From Deltaproteobacteria bacterium (GTDB taxonomy: Bacteria; Myxococcota_A; Polyangia; Haliangiales; SHYZ01): DNA of 64,000 nt. The position numbers and the translations under genes were made by a program. Where the stretch lies: contig JACQUZ010000155.1 of assembly GCA_016210055.1 (NCBI GenBank), forward strand, positions 5,633 to 69,632, written 5' to 3'. A model generated the notes under the pieces. That model searched no databases. It was not told the origin of the DNA and saw nothing but the letters and a program-made list of their open reading frames with translations. This document shows, piece by piece, positions 16,653 through 25,962 of the stretch (the stretch's first letter is position 1; every line of letters starts with the position of its first letter).

Positions 16653-17600
16653 ATGGAAGTATTCCGCGGTGCCAAAAATCTTACGCGCCCCCTCCGTGAG
16701 CCCGTCGTGGCGATTGGAAACTTCGACGGCGTGCACGTGGGCCACCGGGCGCTCTTGTCCAAGGCAAGACAGGCCGCGCGAGCACGTGGCGGGGAGGCGG
16801 TGGTATTGACCTTCGATCCCCATCCGGCAAAGGTCCTTGCGCCCAAGCTCGCCCCTCCGCTCATCGCGAACCTTGAGCAGAAGCTGGAGCTCCTCGCGGG
16901 AATTGGGGTGGACGCGTGCGTGCTTGAGCCGTTTTCCTGGGAGCTCGCGTCGAAGAGCCCGGACGAGTTCGTGGCAGAAAACCTGGTCACGTTGCTCCAT
17001 GCCCGAGAAGTGGTGGTTGGACACGACTTCACTTATGGAAGCAAGCGCCAAGGAGACACCAAGAGCCTGAAGGAGGCAGGCGCCGCCCATGGCTTCCAGG
17101 TGCACGTGATACCCGCCGTCACGATCAACGGCCTGGTCGTGTCGTCGACGAAGGTCCGCGAGCTCGTGCTCGAGGGGAACGTGGAGGGCGCGAACCTCCT
17201 CCTCGGCCGCGAGCTCGAAGTTGACGGCGTCGTCGTCAAGGGCGCGGGCCGAGGGCGGTCGATCGGGTTCCCGACCGCCAACGTCGTAACCGAGAACGAG
17301 CTCCTGCCTCGCCCTGGCGTGTACGCTGGCCACCTCGCGCTCCTTTCCGCCGAAGGCCGCGATCGGTGGGACGCAGTGATAAGCCTGGGGAGAAACCCTA
17401 CCTTTGTCACCGAGGGTGAGCTCACCCTAGAAGTCCACGTGCTCGAATTCGATCGCGACCTCTACGACCAACGGGTACGGGTGGGTTTTCACTCGTGGTT
17501 GCGTGGGGAAGAGCGCTTTCCGTCGGTCCAATCCCTCCTTGAGCAAATCCACGAGGACATCGGCGTCGCCAGGCTTAGGCTCTCAGGAAAACGATCATGA
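16653..17600 (+). CDS. ribF: Bifunctional riboflavin kinase / FMN adenylyltransferase
   Basis: 315 aa. FAD synthetase motif VVAIGNFDGVHVGHRALL, and a C-terminal riboflavin kinase domain (GFPTANV ... RFPSVQSLLEQIHEDI). Confidence 0.9.
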   Translation: MEVFRGAKNLTRPLREPVVAIGNFDGVHVGHRALLSKARQAARARGGEAVVLTFDPHPAKVLAPKLAPPLIANLEQKLELLAGIGVDACVLEPFSWELASKSPDEFVAENLVTLLHAREVVVGHDFTYGSKRQGDTKSLKEAGAAHGFQVHVIPAVTINGLVVSSTKVRELVLEGNVEGANLLLGRELEVDGVVVKGAGRGRSIGFPTANVVTENELLPRPGVYAGHLALLSAEGRDRWDAVISLGRNPTFVTEGELTLEVHVLEFDRDLYDQRVRVGFHSWLRGEERFPSVQSLLEQIHEDIGVARLRLSGKRS

Positions 17601-18640
17601 CGGACAACGACAAGAGACGCCCGGACCGAGGGATTATCGGCCAAGCGCGAGAGATAGCGCGCCGCGCGCTGTCAGAGGCGGCCAAGAAGATCTCCCGGAG
17701 AACAGGCAGTGCCAAGGAACCGGAAATGGTACGCGTCGCCCCACCTCCAGTCGCTGTTTCCGAGCAGGTCGAAGCGCCGAAGCAGAGGATCCCGGGCGAA
17801 GAAGCGCCTGGTTCGCCAGTGCCTGGGCCCGAACGAGAACCCGCGTCACCACCGCCTCTCGCCGCAGATATGGCTCCACAGGCGGGTTCTGCAGCGCCGA
17901 TCGAGGGCTTGCTGGGAAGCAGCCCATGGCGATCCACGCCGCCTTATCCGGAGGAGGAGAAGACCTCGGAAGCGCCTCTGGGCGAGCCCATCGGAATTCT
18001 CGACATCGAGGAGCCCCCTGAAACCTATGGCGTGGACGAAGTGACCGTTCTCGCGCGCGATCCGTTCACGCTCTTCGCGTACTGGGAGGTCACGGGCGAG
18101 GGCTGGAACAATGCACGCCAGATGCTCGGCGGAAACGGGACGCTCGTCCTGCGGGTCTACTCGGCCCACCCGGCCCCCGACGGAAAGCCCACGACCAGCA
18201 CTCAAGATATAACGCTCGGCTGGGACCACGGCAGGAAGTATTTCCCAGCCCCCAGGCCAGGAGCTTGCGTGACCGCAGCGATTGGCCTCCTGTCGGTGGA
18301 TGGACGATTTGCGCCAATGGCCCACTCGCCGCGGGTCCGCGTGCCTCACGCCGAGCCCGGCCCCGACGGCCCTGTGGAGTGGATTGAAGTCGTGCCGGCC
18401 CAATCGCGCGGCGCAAGGCTCGAGCCGCCCCAAGTGCGGATGCGTGGTCCGGCCCGGGAAATACCTGGCGCGCCGGGGACCGCGACTCCCGGAGGGGAGC
18501 GGCTGCCACGATGGCATGAAGGGGCTTGGGAGCACTTCGCAGGCAGCCGCGTCCCGCCGCGGCCTGGAGAGGGGCGCCTGCCTACCTCGGGAGAGCTGCC
18601 CGCGTCCCCGTGGCGTTGGCTCGGGAGCTCTTCCCAATGA
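17597..18640 (+). CDS. DUF4912 domain protein with a Pro/Ala-rich N-terminal region
   Basis: 347 aa. DUF4912 core YGVDEVTVLARDPFTLFAYWEVT. ATGA overlaps with both ribF and the downstream GH57 gene. Confidence 0.7.
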   Translation: MTDNDKRRPDRGIIGQAREIARRALSEAAKKISRRTGSAKEPEMVRVAPPPVAVSEQVEAPKQRIPGEEAPGSPVPGPEREPASPPPLAADMAPQAGSAAPIEGLLGSSPWRSTPPYPEEEKTSEAPLGEPIGILDIEEPPETYGVDEVTVLARDPFTLFAYWEVTGEGWNNARQMLGGNGTLVLRVYSAHPAPDGKPTTSTQDITLGWDHGRKYFPAPRPGACVTAAIGLLSVDGRFAPMAHSPRVRVPHAEPGPDGPVEWIEVVPAQSRGARLEPPQVRMRGPAREIPGAPGTATPGGERLPRWHEGAWEHFAGSRVPPRPGEGRLPTSGELPASPWRWLGSSSQ

Positions 18641-20247
18641 CGAATCAGCGGCGAGCAAGTCCTCACATGGGCACTCTTGCGCTCGTGCTTCATGCGCACC
18701 TGCCCTTTGTGCGCCACCCCGAGCATCGTTACCACCTGGAAGAGAACTGGCTCTTTGAAGCCGTGACGGCGACGTACCTCCCGCTCCTCGAGGTATTCCG
18801 GAACTTGGTCAAGGATGGCGTGTTCTTCCGCGTCACCATGTCGATGTCGCCGCCCCTCGTGTCGATGCTTCGCGACGACCATCTCAAGCTGAGGACCGCG
18901 GCGTACCTCGACCGGCTCCTCGATCTCGCCGAGAAAGAGCAACGCCGGACGGCTGGAGATCCGACGTTCCATCGCCTCGCCCGTTTTTATGGCGATCGAT
19001 TCGGCCGCCTCAAGGCGCTCTACGATGAGATCCGCGGCGACCTCGTCGATGGGTTTCGACGATTGCAGGACGACGGGTTCCTCGAAGTCGTCACGGTCGG
19101 CGCCACCCATGGCTACCTGCCGACCATCCGCGAGCCCGCCGCACGGAGGGCCCAGGTACAGGTGGCGGCCCAGCACTACCGCCAGCATTTCGGTCGCTGG
19201 CCCCGGGGGATTTGGCTCCCGGAATGCGGCTATACCGAAGGCATCGAGGACGTCCTCGCCGAGGCTGGCATCCGTTACTTCTTCGTCGACGCGCACGGGC
19301 TGCTGCTCGGGCGTCCCCGCCCCCCCCTGGGCACAGCGGCACCGGTGTACACGCGTGCAGGCGTGGCGGCGTTCGGCCGCGACATGGAATCCTCCAAGCA
19401 GGTCTGGTCGGCGCAAGAAGGGTATCCTGGGGACGCAGCATATCGGGATTTCTACCGCGACATCGGCTTTGACCTCCCGATGGAGCAGATCCGTCCGTAT
19501 ATCCACCCAGACGGGATTCGCATCCATACTGGGCTGAAGTACTTCCGCGTGACCGGACGGGTGGATCTGGCCCACAAGGAGCCCTACGATCCCGACCTGG
19601 CGCGTGAACGTGCGGCCACCCATGCGGGCAACTTCATGTTCAACCGCGAGCAGCAAGTCCGCTGGCTCGCCAAGCACATGGATCGCCGGCCCATAATCGT
19701 CTCCCCCTACGACGCCGAGCTTTACGGCCACTGGTGGTTCGAGGGACCCCAGTTTTTGGACGTCCTCTGCCGCAAGCTGCACTTCGACCAGGACGTGGTG
19801 AAGCTCCAGACTCCATCCGAGCACTTGGAGGAGTACCCGACCCAGGCCTTGTGCGAGATATCTCCGTCGAGCTGGGGAGAAGGAGGCTTCTCGTCGGTTT
19901 GGATTGACGGAGCAAACGATTGGATCTACCGCCACCAGCACCGCGCCGAAGCCCGCATGGTCGACTTGGCGCGCCGGTTCCAAGCGGACTGTCCGGAGCT
20001 CACGCGGCGGGCGCTCAACCAAGCGGCCCGCGAGCTCCTCCTGCTTCAATCGAGTGATTGGGCGTTCATCTTGAAGACCGGCACGGCAACGGGTTACGCG
20101 ATAAGCCGCGTGAAGGCCCACCTGGCACGCTTTCGGCGGCTCGACCGGGAGATCGCCAACCAGCGCATTGACGAGGGTTGGCTCGCAGACCTCGAACGCC
20201 GCGACAACGTCTTCCCTGACATCGACTTCCGCGTGTACGCGAGCTAG
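18637..20247 (+). CDS. Glycoside hydrolase family 57 protein (1,4-alpha-glucan branching enzyme-like, DUF1957 C-terminus)
   Basis: The start is set at ATG 18637, which overlaps the upstream stop. The N-terminus GTLALVLHAHLPFVRHPE plus WLPECGY and YDAELYGHWWFEG are typical of GH57 branching enzymes. Confidence 0.85.
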   Translation: MTNQRRASPHMGTLALVLHAHLPFVRHPEHRYHLEENWLFEAVTATYLPLLEVFRNLVKDGVFFRVTMSMSPPLVSMLRDDHLKLRTAAYLDRLLDLAEKEQRRTAGDPTFHRLARFYGDRFGRLKALYDEIRGDLVDGFRRLQDDGFLEVVTVGATHGYLPTIREPAARRAQVQVAAQHYRQHFGRWPRGIWLPECGYTEGIEDVLAEAGIRYFFVDAHGLLLGRPRPPLGTAAPVYTRAGVAAFGRDMESSKQVWSAQEGYPGDAAYRDFYRDIGFDLPMEQIRPYIHPDGIRIHTGLKYFRVTGRVDLAHKEPYDPDLARERAATHAGNFMFNREQQVRWLAKHMDRRPIIVSPYDAELYGHWWFEGPQFLDVLCRKLHFDQDVVKLQTPSEHLEEYPTQALCEISPSSWGEGGFSSVWIDGANDWIYRHQHRAEARMVDLARRFQADCPELTRRALNQAARELLLLQSSDWAFILKTGTATGYAISRVKAHLARFRRLDREIANQRIDEGWLADLERRDNVFPDIDFRVYAS

Positions 20248-20259
20248 ACTCCCCACCCC

Positions 20260-21462
20260 ATGTCCAAGCAGGATGAACCCGAGGATTTCGCCGCGCTCCT
20301 CCTGGAGTACGAGCAGAAGGAGCCCAAGAAGAATCGGCGTGGCCCCCAGGTCGGGGAGACGGTGCGTGGCCGCGTCCTCTCGATCGGGCGAGAGGCCATC
20401 TTCCTGGATCTAGGTTTCAAGTCCGAGGCCATGCTCGACATCGGCGAGGTGCGCGATGAGGACGGCAAGCTCACCGTCGCCGTAGGTGATGAGATCGAGG
20501 CCCGTGTCGTCGATACCCAAGGCGGCTCGGGAATGATCGTGCTCCGCCGCGTGCTCAAGCGTGGCCCCGAGGCGCGAGCGGAGCTTTTGCAGGCGCACAT
20601 GCTGGCCATCCCCATCGAGGGGCTGGTGTCCTCCGTCAACAAGGGAGGCGTCGAGGTACAAGTGGCCGGGTTGCGCGCGTTTTGCCCCATCTCGCAGCTC
20701 GACCTGCGGCACGTGGAGGACGCGTCCAAGTATGTCGGGGAGCGCTTCACCTTCCGGATCACGCGCTATGAAGCAGGGGGGCCTAGGGGTCCGAACATCG
20801 TGCTGTCTCGCCGCGTCCTCCTCGAAGAGGAAGCAAGGGCCCGCGCGGTCGAGACCAGGGCTCGACTCACCGTCGGAGCGGTGCTACGAGGAACCGTCTC
20901 TACCCTCAAGGACTACGGGGCGTTTGTTGACCTCGGGGGCATCGAGGGCATGCTCCATGTTTCCGAAATTGGCTTCTCACGCGTCGCCCACCCGCGCGAG
21001 GTCCTCACCGTCGGCCAGAACCTAGAGGTCCAAGTAAAGAAGATCGAGAAGGGGGATGACCCGGAGCGGCCGCGTATCTCGTTGTCCCTGAAGTCCCTGG
21101 AACGAGATCCGTGGTCCGATGTCACCGAGCGATTCCCTGAAGGCACGCGATGCAAGGGGAGCGTCGTGCGAGTAGAATCGTTCGGCGCCTTTGTCGAAAT
21201 CTCCCCCGGCGTCGAGGGGCTCCTTCACGTGAGTGAGCTGGCCACGGGGCGCAAGGTGAACCACGCCCGCGAGCGCACAAAGGTGGGGCAGGCCCTCGAG
21301 GTCACCATCCTGGCCGTTGATGTGGAGAAGCGCCGCCTCTCTTTGTCGCTGGCAGGTTCCGCGGAACCCGACGACGACATGCCCATGCCGACGACCCCAT
21401 CGCAGAAGCAGGGTTTCGGAACCCTGGGTGACCTGCTCAATCGCTCCGTGCGGAAAAGTTAG
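20260..21462 (+). CDS. S1 RNA-binding domain protein (four S1 repeats)
   Basis: 400 aa with repeated S1 motifs: GETVRGRVLSIG, GLVSSVNKGGVEVQV, GAVLRGTVSTLKDYGAFVDLGGIEGMLHVSE, TRCKGSVVRVESFGAFVEISPGVEGLLHVSE. Confidence 0.85.
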   Translation: MSKQDEPEDFAALLLEYEQKEPKKNRRGPQVGETVRGRVLSIGREAIFLDLGFKSEAMLDIGEVRDEDGKLTVAVGDEIEARVVDTQGGSGMIVLRRVLKRGPEARAELLQAHMLAIPIEGLVSSVNKGGVEVQVAGLRAFCPISQLDLRHVEDASKYVGERFTFRITRYEAGGPRGPNIVLSRRVLLEEEARARAVETRARLTVGAVLRGTVSTLKDYGAFVDLGGIEGMLHVSEIGFSRVAHPREVLTVGQNLEVQVKKIEKGDDPERPRISLSLKSLERDPWSDVTERFPEGTRCKGSVVRVESFGAFVEISPGVEGLLHVSELATGRKVNHARERTKVGQALEVTILAVDVEKRRLSLSLAGSAEPDDDMPMPTTPSQKQGFGTLGDLLNRSVRKS

Positions 21463-21632
21463 CCGCATCCGCGCCCGATGCGCGACGCGATGTGCGGCTC
21501 GCGCACATGACCAGCGACCCGCGTGATCAATCGCACGTAAACCCGAGGCGCCAAGCCCTGCTCCCGCGCCCAACTTGGCGGGGGTTGCGGGTACGCACGT
21601 TGCATGAGTCCCGTAGGTCTCTGTGAAGGTTA

Positions 21633-22109
21633 TTGCAAGGAGGCGACGGTGAAAAACGGAGGGAACGCGTGATGGAAGGTGGAGCCGAGCAGTTCCTGCG
21701 CGTGGATGAGCCCGTGGGGGCATTTCCCCGCCGGAGACAAGACCGCGTGCCTAGCGTACTCGTAGTGGACGACGAAGAGGATTTCTTAGAACTCACTGAG
21801 CTGTTTCTCGAGGCGGACGGCATCCGCATCATGAAGGCACGTTCCGCGAGCGAAGCCCTGTGGCATGCCTTGAGGACGCCGCCCGACATCGTGTTCTTGG
21901 ACTTGATGCTTCCTGGAGCGGACGGCTTTCAGGTGCTGCGTGCTCTTCGCTCCGAGCCGGAAACGCGTGACATCCCCGTGTTTGCCTGCAGCGCTGCCGA
22001 CATCGGAGACGGCCATCGGATCCTGCGCGCAGGTTTCGACGGGCACTTCCCAAAGCCCGTCAACTGGCCGCGGCTTCGTCAGGTGCTGCGCAGGTTGCTT
22101 GGAAGTTAG
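21633..22109 (+). CDS. Single-domain response regulator (receiver, CheY-like)
   Basis: VLVVDDEEDF acidic pocket, phospho-acceptor context IVFLDLMLPGADG, and a conserved Lys in GHFPKPV. The start is uncertain (21633 or the ATG at 21672). Confidence 0.8.
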   Translation: MQGGDGEKRRERVMEGGAEQFLRVDEPVGAFPRRRQDRVPSVLVVDDEEDFLELTELFLEADGIRIMKARSASEALWHALRTPPDIVFLDLMLPGADGFQVLRALRSEPETRDIPVFACSAADIGDGHRILRAGFDGHFPKPVNWPRLRQVLRRLLGS

Positions 22110-22171
22110 CACCGCCGACAGAAGTACCGCCGCACCTGGACACGCCGCGCATGGCTCGCTAGATTTCCTGC

Positions 22172-23065
22172 ATGACTCAGCGTGCCAAGCCGTTCGAAGG
22201 AGTCTTCACTGCTCTCGTTACCCCCATGCGCGGAGGAAAGGTCGACGACAAGGCGCTCGCGGAACTCGTAGAGGAGCAGGTGGCCCACGGGATCCACGGC
22301 CTAGTGGCCGTGGGTACCACCGGCGAAAGCCCCACCCTTTCCTTTGAGGAGCACGTTCATGTCGTCGCCCAGGTGGTGAAACAGGCAAGAAACCGGGTTC
22401 CTGTGATCGCGGGGACCGGCTCGAACAGCACCGCCGAGGCCATTGAGCTCTCCAAGGCGGCGCGCGAAGTTGGGGCAGACGGCTTGCTGCTCGTCACGCC
22501 CTATTACAACAAGCCCACCCAGGATGGGTTGGTGAGGCACTTCCGCGCGGTGTGCGAGGCGGTACCCCTTCCTGCCATCGTCTACAACATCCCAGGCCGC
22601 ACCGGGTGCGACATGCTTGCCGAAACCGTAGCCAGGCTCGCTGCCGAGGTTCCGACGGTCGTCGGGATTAAGGAAGCAAGCGGCAGCATTCAACGGGCCA
22701 CGCAGATCCTCCGCCTCGTGGGAGATCGGTTGGCCGTGCTCGCCGGTGATGACGCCCTCGCCTTCCCCACCCATGCCGTTGGCGGACGCGGGGTCATCGC
22801 GGTCGTATCCCATCTGCACCCACGAGCCATGGTCGAAATGTGGGAAGCCGCGAAATCCTTGGACCTTGCGCGAGCGCGCGAGCTTCACTTCAAGATTCAA
22901 CCGCTCGTGGAGCTTCTCTTCGTGGAGGCCAATCCCATCCCAGTCAAGAGCGCGCTCGCGATGATGGGGAAGATCGCCGACGAGATCCGACCTCCCCTCT
23001 ATCCGCTAGCAGGCGAGGCACGCGAGCGTCTCCGCAAGCAGCTCGTTGCTGAAGGGCTCCTGTGA
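22172..23065 (+). CDS. dapA: 4-hydroxy-tetrahydrodipicolinate synthase
   Basis: 297 aa. GTTGESPTLS motif, YYNKP, and the Schiff-base Lys context VVGIKEASG. Confidence 0.95.
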   Translation: MTQRAKPFEGVFTALVTPMRGGKVDDKALAELVEEQVAHGIHGLVAVGTTGESPTLSFEEHVHVVAQVVKQARNRVPVIAGTGSNSTAEAIELSKAAREVGADGLLLVTPYYNKPTQDGLVRHFRAVCEAVPLPAIVYNIPGRTGCDMLAETVARLAAEVPTVVGIKEASGSIQRATQILRLVGDRLAVLAGDDALAFPTHAVGGRGVIAVVSHLHPRAMVEMWEAAKSLDLARARELHFKIQPLVELLFVEANPIPVKSALAMMGKIADEIRPPLYPLAGEARERLRKQLVAEGLL

Positions 23066-23844
23066 TCCGCGTCGCGGTGCCCGGCGCGGCCGGCAAGATG
23101 GGACAAATGGTCCTTCAGGCGCTTCAAGAGCGGAGCGACATGCGCCCTTCAGCCGCCGTCGAGCGGGCCGGCCATCCGAAGCTCGGGCAAGAGCTCTTGC
23201 CCTCCGTGCGTCTCACGAGCGACCTGGCCACAGCGCTTGCCCAGGCAGACGTGTACGTGGACTTCACAGTCCCAGATGCCACGGTCCAGGCGGTCTCGCT
23301 TGCTGCTGAGCTCGGGGTTGCGGCGGTGGTGGGCACGACCGGGCTTTCGCCCACCGAGCGGGGTGCCCTCGAGCGAGCGGCAAGCCGAATTCCGATCGTC
23401 TTTTCCCCAAACTTCTCGCTCGGCGTGAACCTCCTCTTGGGCTTGGCAGAGCAAGCAGCCCGAGCGCTCGGGGATGACTTCGACCTCGAAATCGTCGAGT
23501 TGCACCACCGGGCCAAGCGGGACGCGCCGTCGGGAACCGCCATCGCCTTGGCGGATGCGCTGGCACGGGGGCGAGGCCTGTCGCTGGACAAGGTCAAGAG
23601 GTTCAGTCGAGAGGGGGACGTGGGGGCGCGTTCCCAAGACGAGCTCGGCGTCTTTGCCGTTCGGGGAGGAGATGTCGTGGGTGAGCACACGGCTTTCTTC
23701 CTCGGGAACGGGGAGCGGGTCGAGCTCACCCACCGAGCGACGACCCGAATGATTTTTGCTCGCGGCGCCGCGCGCGCCGCCGCCTGGGTGGTTGGCAAGC
23801 CACCAAGGCTTTACTCCATGGCGGACGTGCTCGGGTTCTCTTGA
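23062..23844 (+). CDS. dapB: 4-hydroxy-tetrahydrodipicolinate reductase
   Basis: 260 aa with a GTG start overlapping the dapA stop. N-terminal GAAGKMG Rossmann motif and the EIVELHHRAKRDAPSGTA signature. Confidence 0.9.
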   Translation: MIRVAVPGAAGKMGQMVLQALQERSDMRPSAAVERAGHPKLGQELLPSVRLTSDLATALAQADVYVDFTVPDATVQAVSLAAELGVAAVVGTTGLSPTERGALERAASRIPIVFSPNFSLGVNLLLGLAEQAARALGDDFDLEIVELHHRAKRDAPSGTAIALADALARGRGLSLDKVKRFSREGDVGARSQDELGVFAVRGGDVVGEHTAFFLGNGERVELTHRATTRMIFARGAARAAAWVVGKPPRLYSMADVLGFS

Positions 23845-23848
23845 TCCC

Positions 23849-24796
23849 ATGACGAAACCACGGGGGCTCTCCAACAAGGCGTACGCGACCCTTCCCACAG
23901 AGCGGGTCTTGGCAGCGGCAGAGGGCCTGGATACTTTTCCGGCGAAGCGCATCGTCAGCCTCCTCGCATCTGAAGAAGAGCGAAGCGTCCGAGCGGTCAA
24001 CCGAGTAGCCGCACGAATTGCACGTGCGGCTCGAACTTGCGCACGCTCTCTCGAAGATGGGGGGCGCATCGTCTACGTGGGAGCTGGCACGAGCGGTCGC
24101 CTGGCTGCCCTTGATGCCGCCGAGTGCCCTCCCACCTTCGGCGTTCGCCCATCCCAGGTGGTGGCGGTTGTTGCCGGGGGACCGCGCGCCTTGCGACGAG
24201 CCGTCGAGGGCGCGGAAGACCGGGGAGACGACGCCGTGCGCGCCCTCACCAAGCTCCGCCTCGGCCCCAAGGACACGATGATTGCCATTGCGGCCTCTGG
24301 TGTCACGCCGTTCGCACGTGCGGCGCTCTTGTTCGCCCGTCATGCCTCGGTGCCGTCGATCCTCATTACCTGCGCGCCCATGGCCGCGCGGGCAGGAGGT
24401 GCGCGAGCCGACCTCGTGATCGGGCTGGACGTGGGTCCCGAGGTCATCGCCGGCTCAACACGCCTCAAGGCCGGCACGGCCACCAAGATCACCCTCAACG
24501 CGATTTCGACCACCGCCATGGTGCTTCTCGGGAAGTGCTATGGCCCACGCATGGTTGATCTCCGGGCCGGGAGTGCCAAGCTCAGGGCGCGAGCCCAGCG
24601 AATTGTCGTCGAGGTCGGGCAAGTGCCAGGCGACCGGGCCGACGACCTCCTTGCGGCGGCCCACGGAAATGCGAAGATCGCGATCGTCATGGCCAGGCTC
24701 GGGGTTTCCCGCAAGGAGGCGGAAGTGCTGCTTCATCAATCGGCCGGACGCCTCCGTCGTCTCCTCGGGCCCAAGGTCCCGAGGAGACGACCGTGA
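23849..24796 (+). CDS. murQ: N-acetylmuramic acid 6-phosphate etherase
   Basis: SIS-domain etherase motifs are present (VYVGAGTSGRLAALDAAECPPTFG; AGSTRLKAGTATK). The start is moved to the internal ATG 23849, just after the dapB stop. Confidence 0.85.
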   Translation: MTKPRGLSNKAYATLPTERVLAAAEGLDTFPAKRIVSLLASEEERSVRAVNRVAARIARAARTCARSLEDGGRIVYVGAGTSGRLAALDAAECPPTFGVRPSQVVAVVAGGPRALRRAVEGAEDRGDDAVRALTKLRLGPKDTMIAIAASGVTPFARAALLFARHASVPSILITCAPMAARAGGARADLVIGLDVGPEVIAGSTRLKAGTATKITLNAISTTAMVLLGKCYGPRMVDLRAGSAKLRARAQRIVVEVGQVPGDRADDLLAAAHGNAKIAIVMARLGVSRKEAEVLLHQSAGRLRRLLGPKVPRRRP

Positions 24797-25962
24797 CTGA
24801 CCCACTCACTCGCATCCTGGACTTGCGCAATCGACCGATCCGACGCGTGGTGGGCCTGCTTTCGGGCACCAGCGCCGACGGCATCGACGCCGCGCTCGTC
24901 GAGGTTTGCGGCGTTTCCGAAACCACGCGTGCCCATCTCTTGGCCTTTGAAACGACCCCATTCGAGGAGCCCCTCCGCACGCGCCTCCTCACCGCGTCGA
25001 GAGCAACGGGCAGCGAGCTGTGCGAGCTCGACTTCACCCTGGGTGAAGCCTTCGCGCGTGCAGTGCTCTCGGTGGCCCATCGCGCGGGGCTCCCTCCCTC
25101 CGATGTCGATCTCGTCGGCTCCCATGGGCAGACCGCCTCGCACCAGCCCCGCTCGGCCGGCGCGACCGGCGCTACGCTACAAATCGGTGAAGCCGCGGTC
25201 ATCGCCGAACGGGTGGGTGCCCCGGTGGTATGCGACTTCCGGGTGCGAGACGTGGCCGCAGGGGGCGAAGGAGCGCCACTCGTCCCACTCGCCGACTTCT
25301 ACCTATTCAGGCAGCCCGGTAGTGTCCGCGCGCTTCAAAACATCGGCGGCATCGCGAACGTCACCGTGGTGACCGACCACCTGGATGGCGTGTTCGCGTT
25401 CGACAACGGCCCAGGCAACATGCCGCTCGACGTGGTGGCGCACGTGGCGTCGGACGGGAAGCGGTCTTACGACACGAATGGAGAGTGGGCGGCGCGCGGG
25501 CGCATCGACAGGGCCTTGCTTGAAGAGCTGCACAAGTCCCCCTTCTTCGACCGTCCGCCACCACGTTCGACCGGGCGCGAGGCGTTTGGTGAGGAGTGGC
25601 TCGCCCCACTCCTCACCACGCACCAAGGGCAGTGGGAAGACCTCCTTGCCACCTTGACCCGCTTCACCGCAGAAGCAATCCGCCGCAGCTACGCTGAGTA
25701 CGTCGATACGCGCGTGCGCGTCTCGGAGGTTCTCATCAGCGGGGGTGGAGTCCACAACCGCACCCTCATGGGCCACCTCCAGGAGCTCTTTGCCCCGATC
25801 CCGGTTCGCTCCACGTCTGATGCGGGGATAGACCCTGACGCCAAGGAAGCCATGGCCTTCGCGATCCTCGCGAACGAGACCATGTACGGGCTCCCAGGGA
25901 ACCTCCCAGCCGCCACGGGTGCTATCGGCCCACGAGTCCTCGGGAAAATCGTTCTGCCGTGA
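24793..25962 (+). CDS. anmK: Anhydro-N-acetylmuramic acid kinase
   Basis: 389 aa. N-terminus GLLSGTSADGIDAALVE, then NIGGIANV and DNGPGN motifs. Its start overlaps the murQ stop. Confidence 0.9.
   Translation: MTDPLTRILDLRNRPIRRVVGLLSGTSADGIDAALVEVCGVSETTRAHLLAFETTPFEEPLRTRLLTASRATGSELCELDFTLGEAFARAVLSVAHRAGLPPSDVDLVGSHGQTASHQPRSAGATGATLQIGEAAVIAERVGAPVVCDFRVRDVAAGGEGAPLVPLADFYLFRQPGSVRALQNIGGIANVTVVTDHLDGVFAFDNGPGNMPLDVVAHVASDGKRSYDTNGEWAARGRIDRALLEELHKSPFFDRPPPRSTGREAFGEEWLAPLLTTHQGQWEDLLATLTRFTAEAIRRSYAEYVDTRVRVSEVLISGGGVHNRTLMGHLQELFAPIPVRSTSDAGIDPDAKEAMAFAILANETMYGLPGNLPAATGAIGPRVLGKIVLP

Noticed and set aside
21463-21510. GC-rich hairpin-like sequence after the S1-domain gene (gccgca...tgcggc) as an intrinsic terminator
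   Set aside because: It has a long, irregular loop and no downstream T-tract. This cannot be supported without folding energy calculations.
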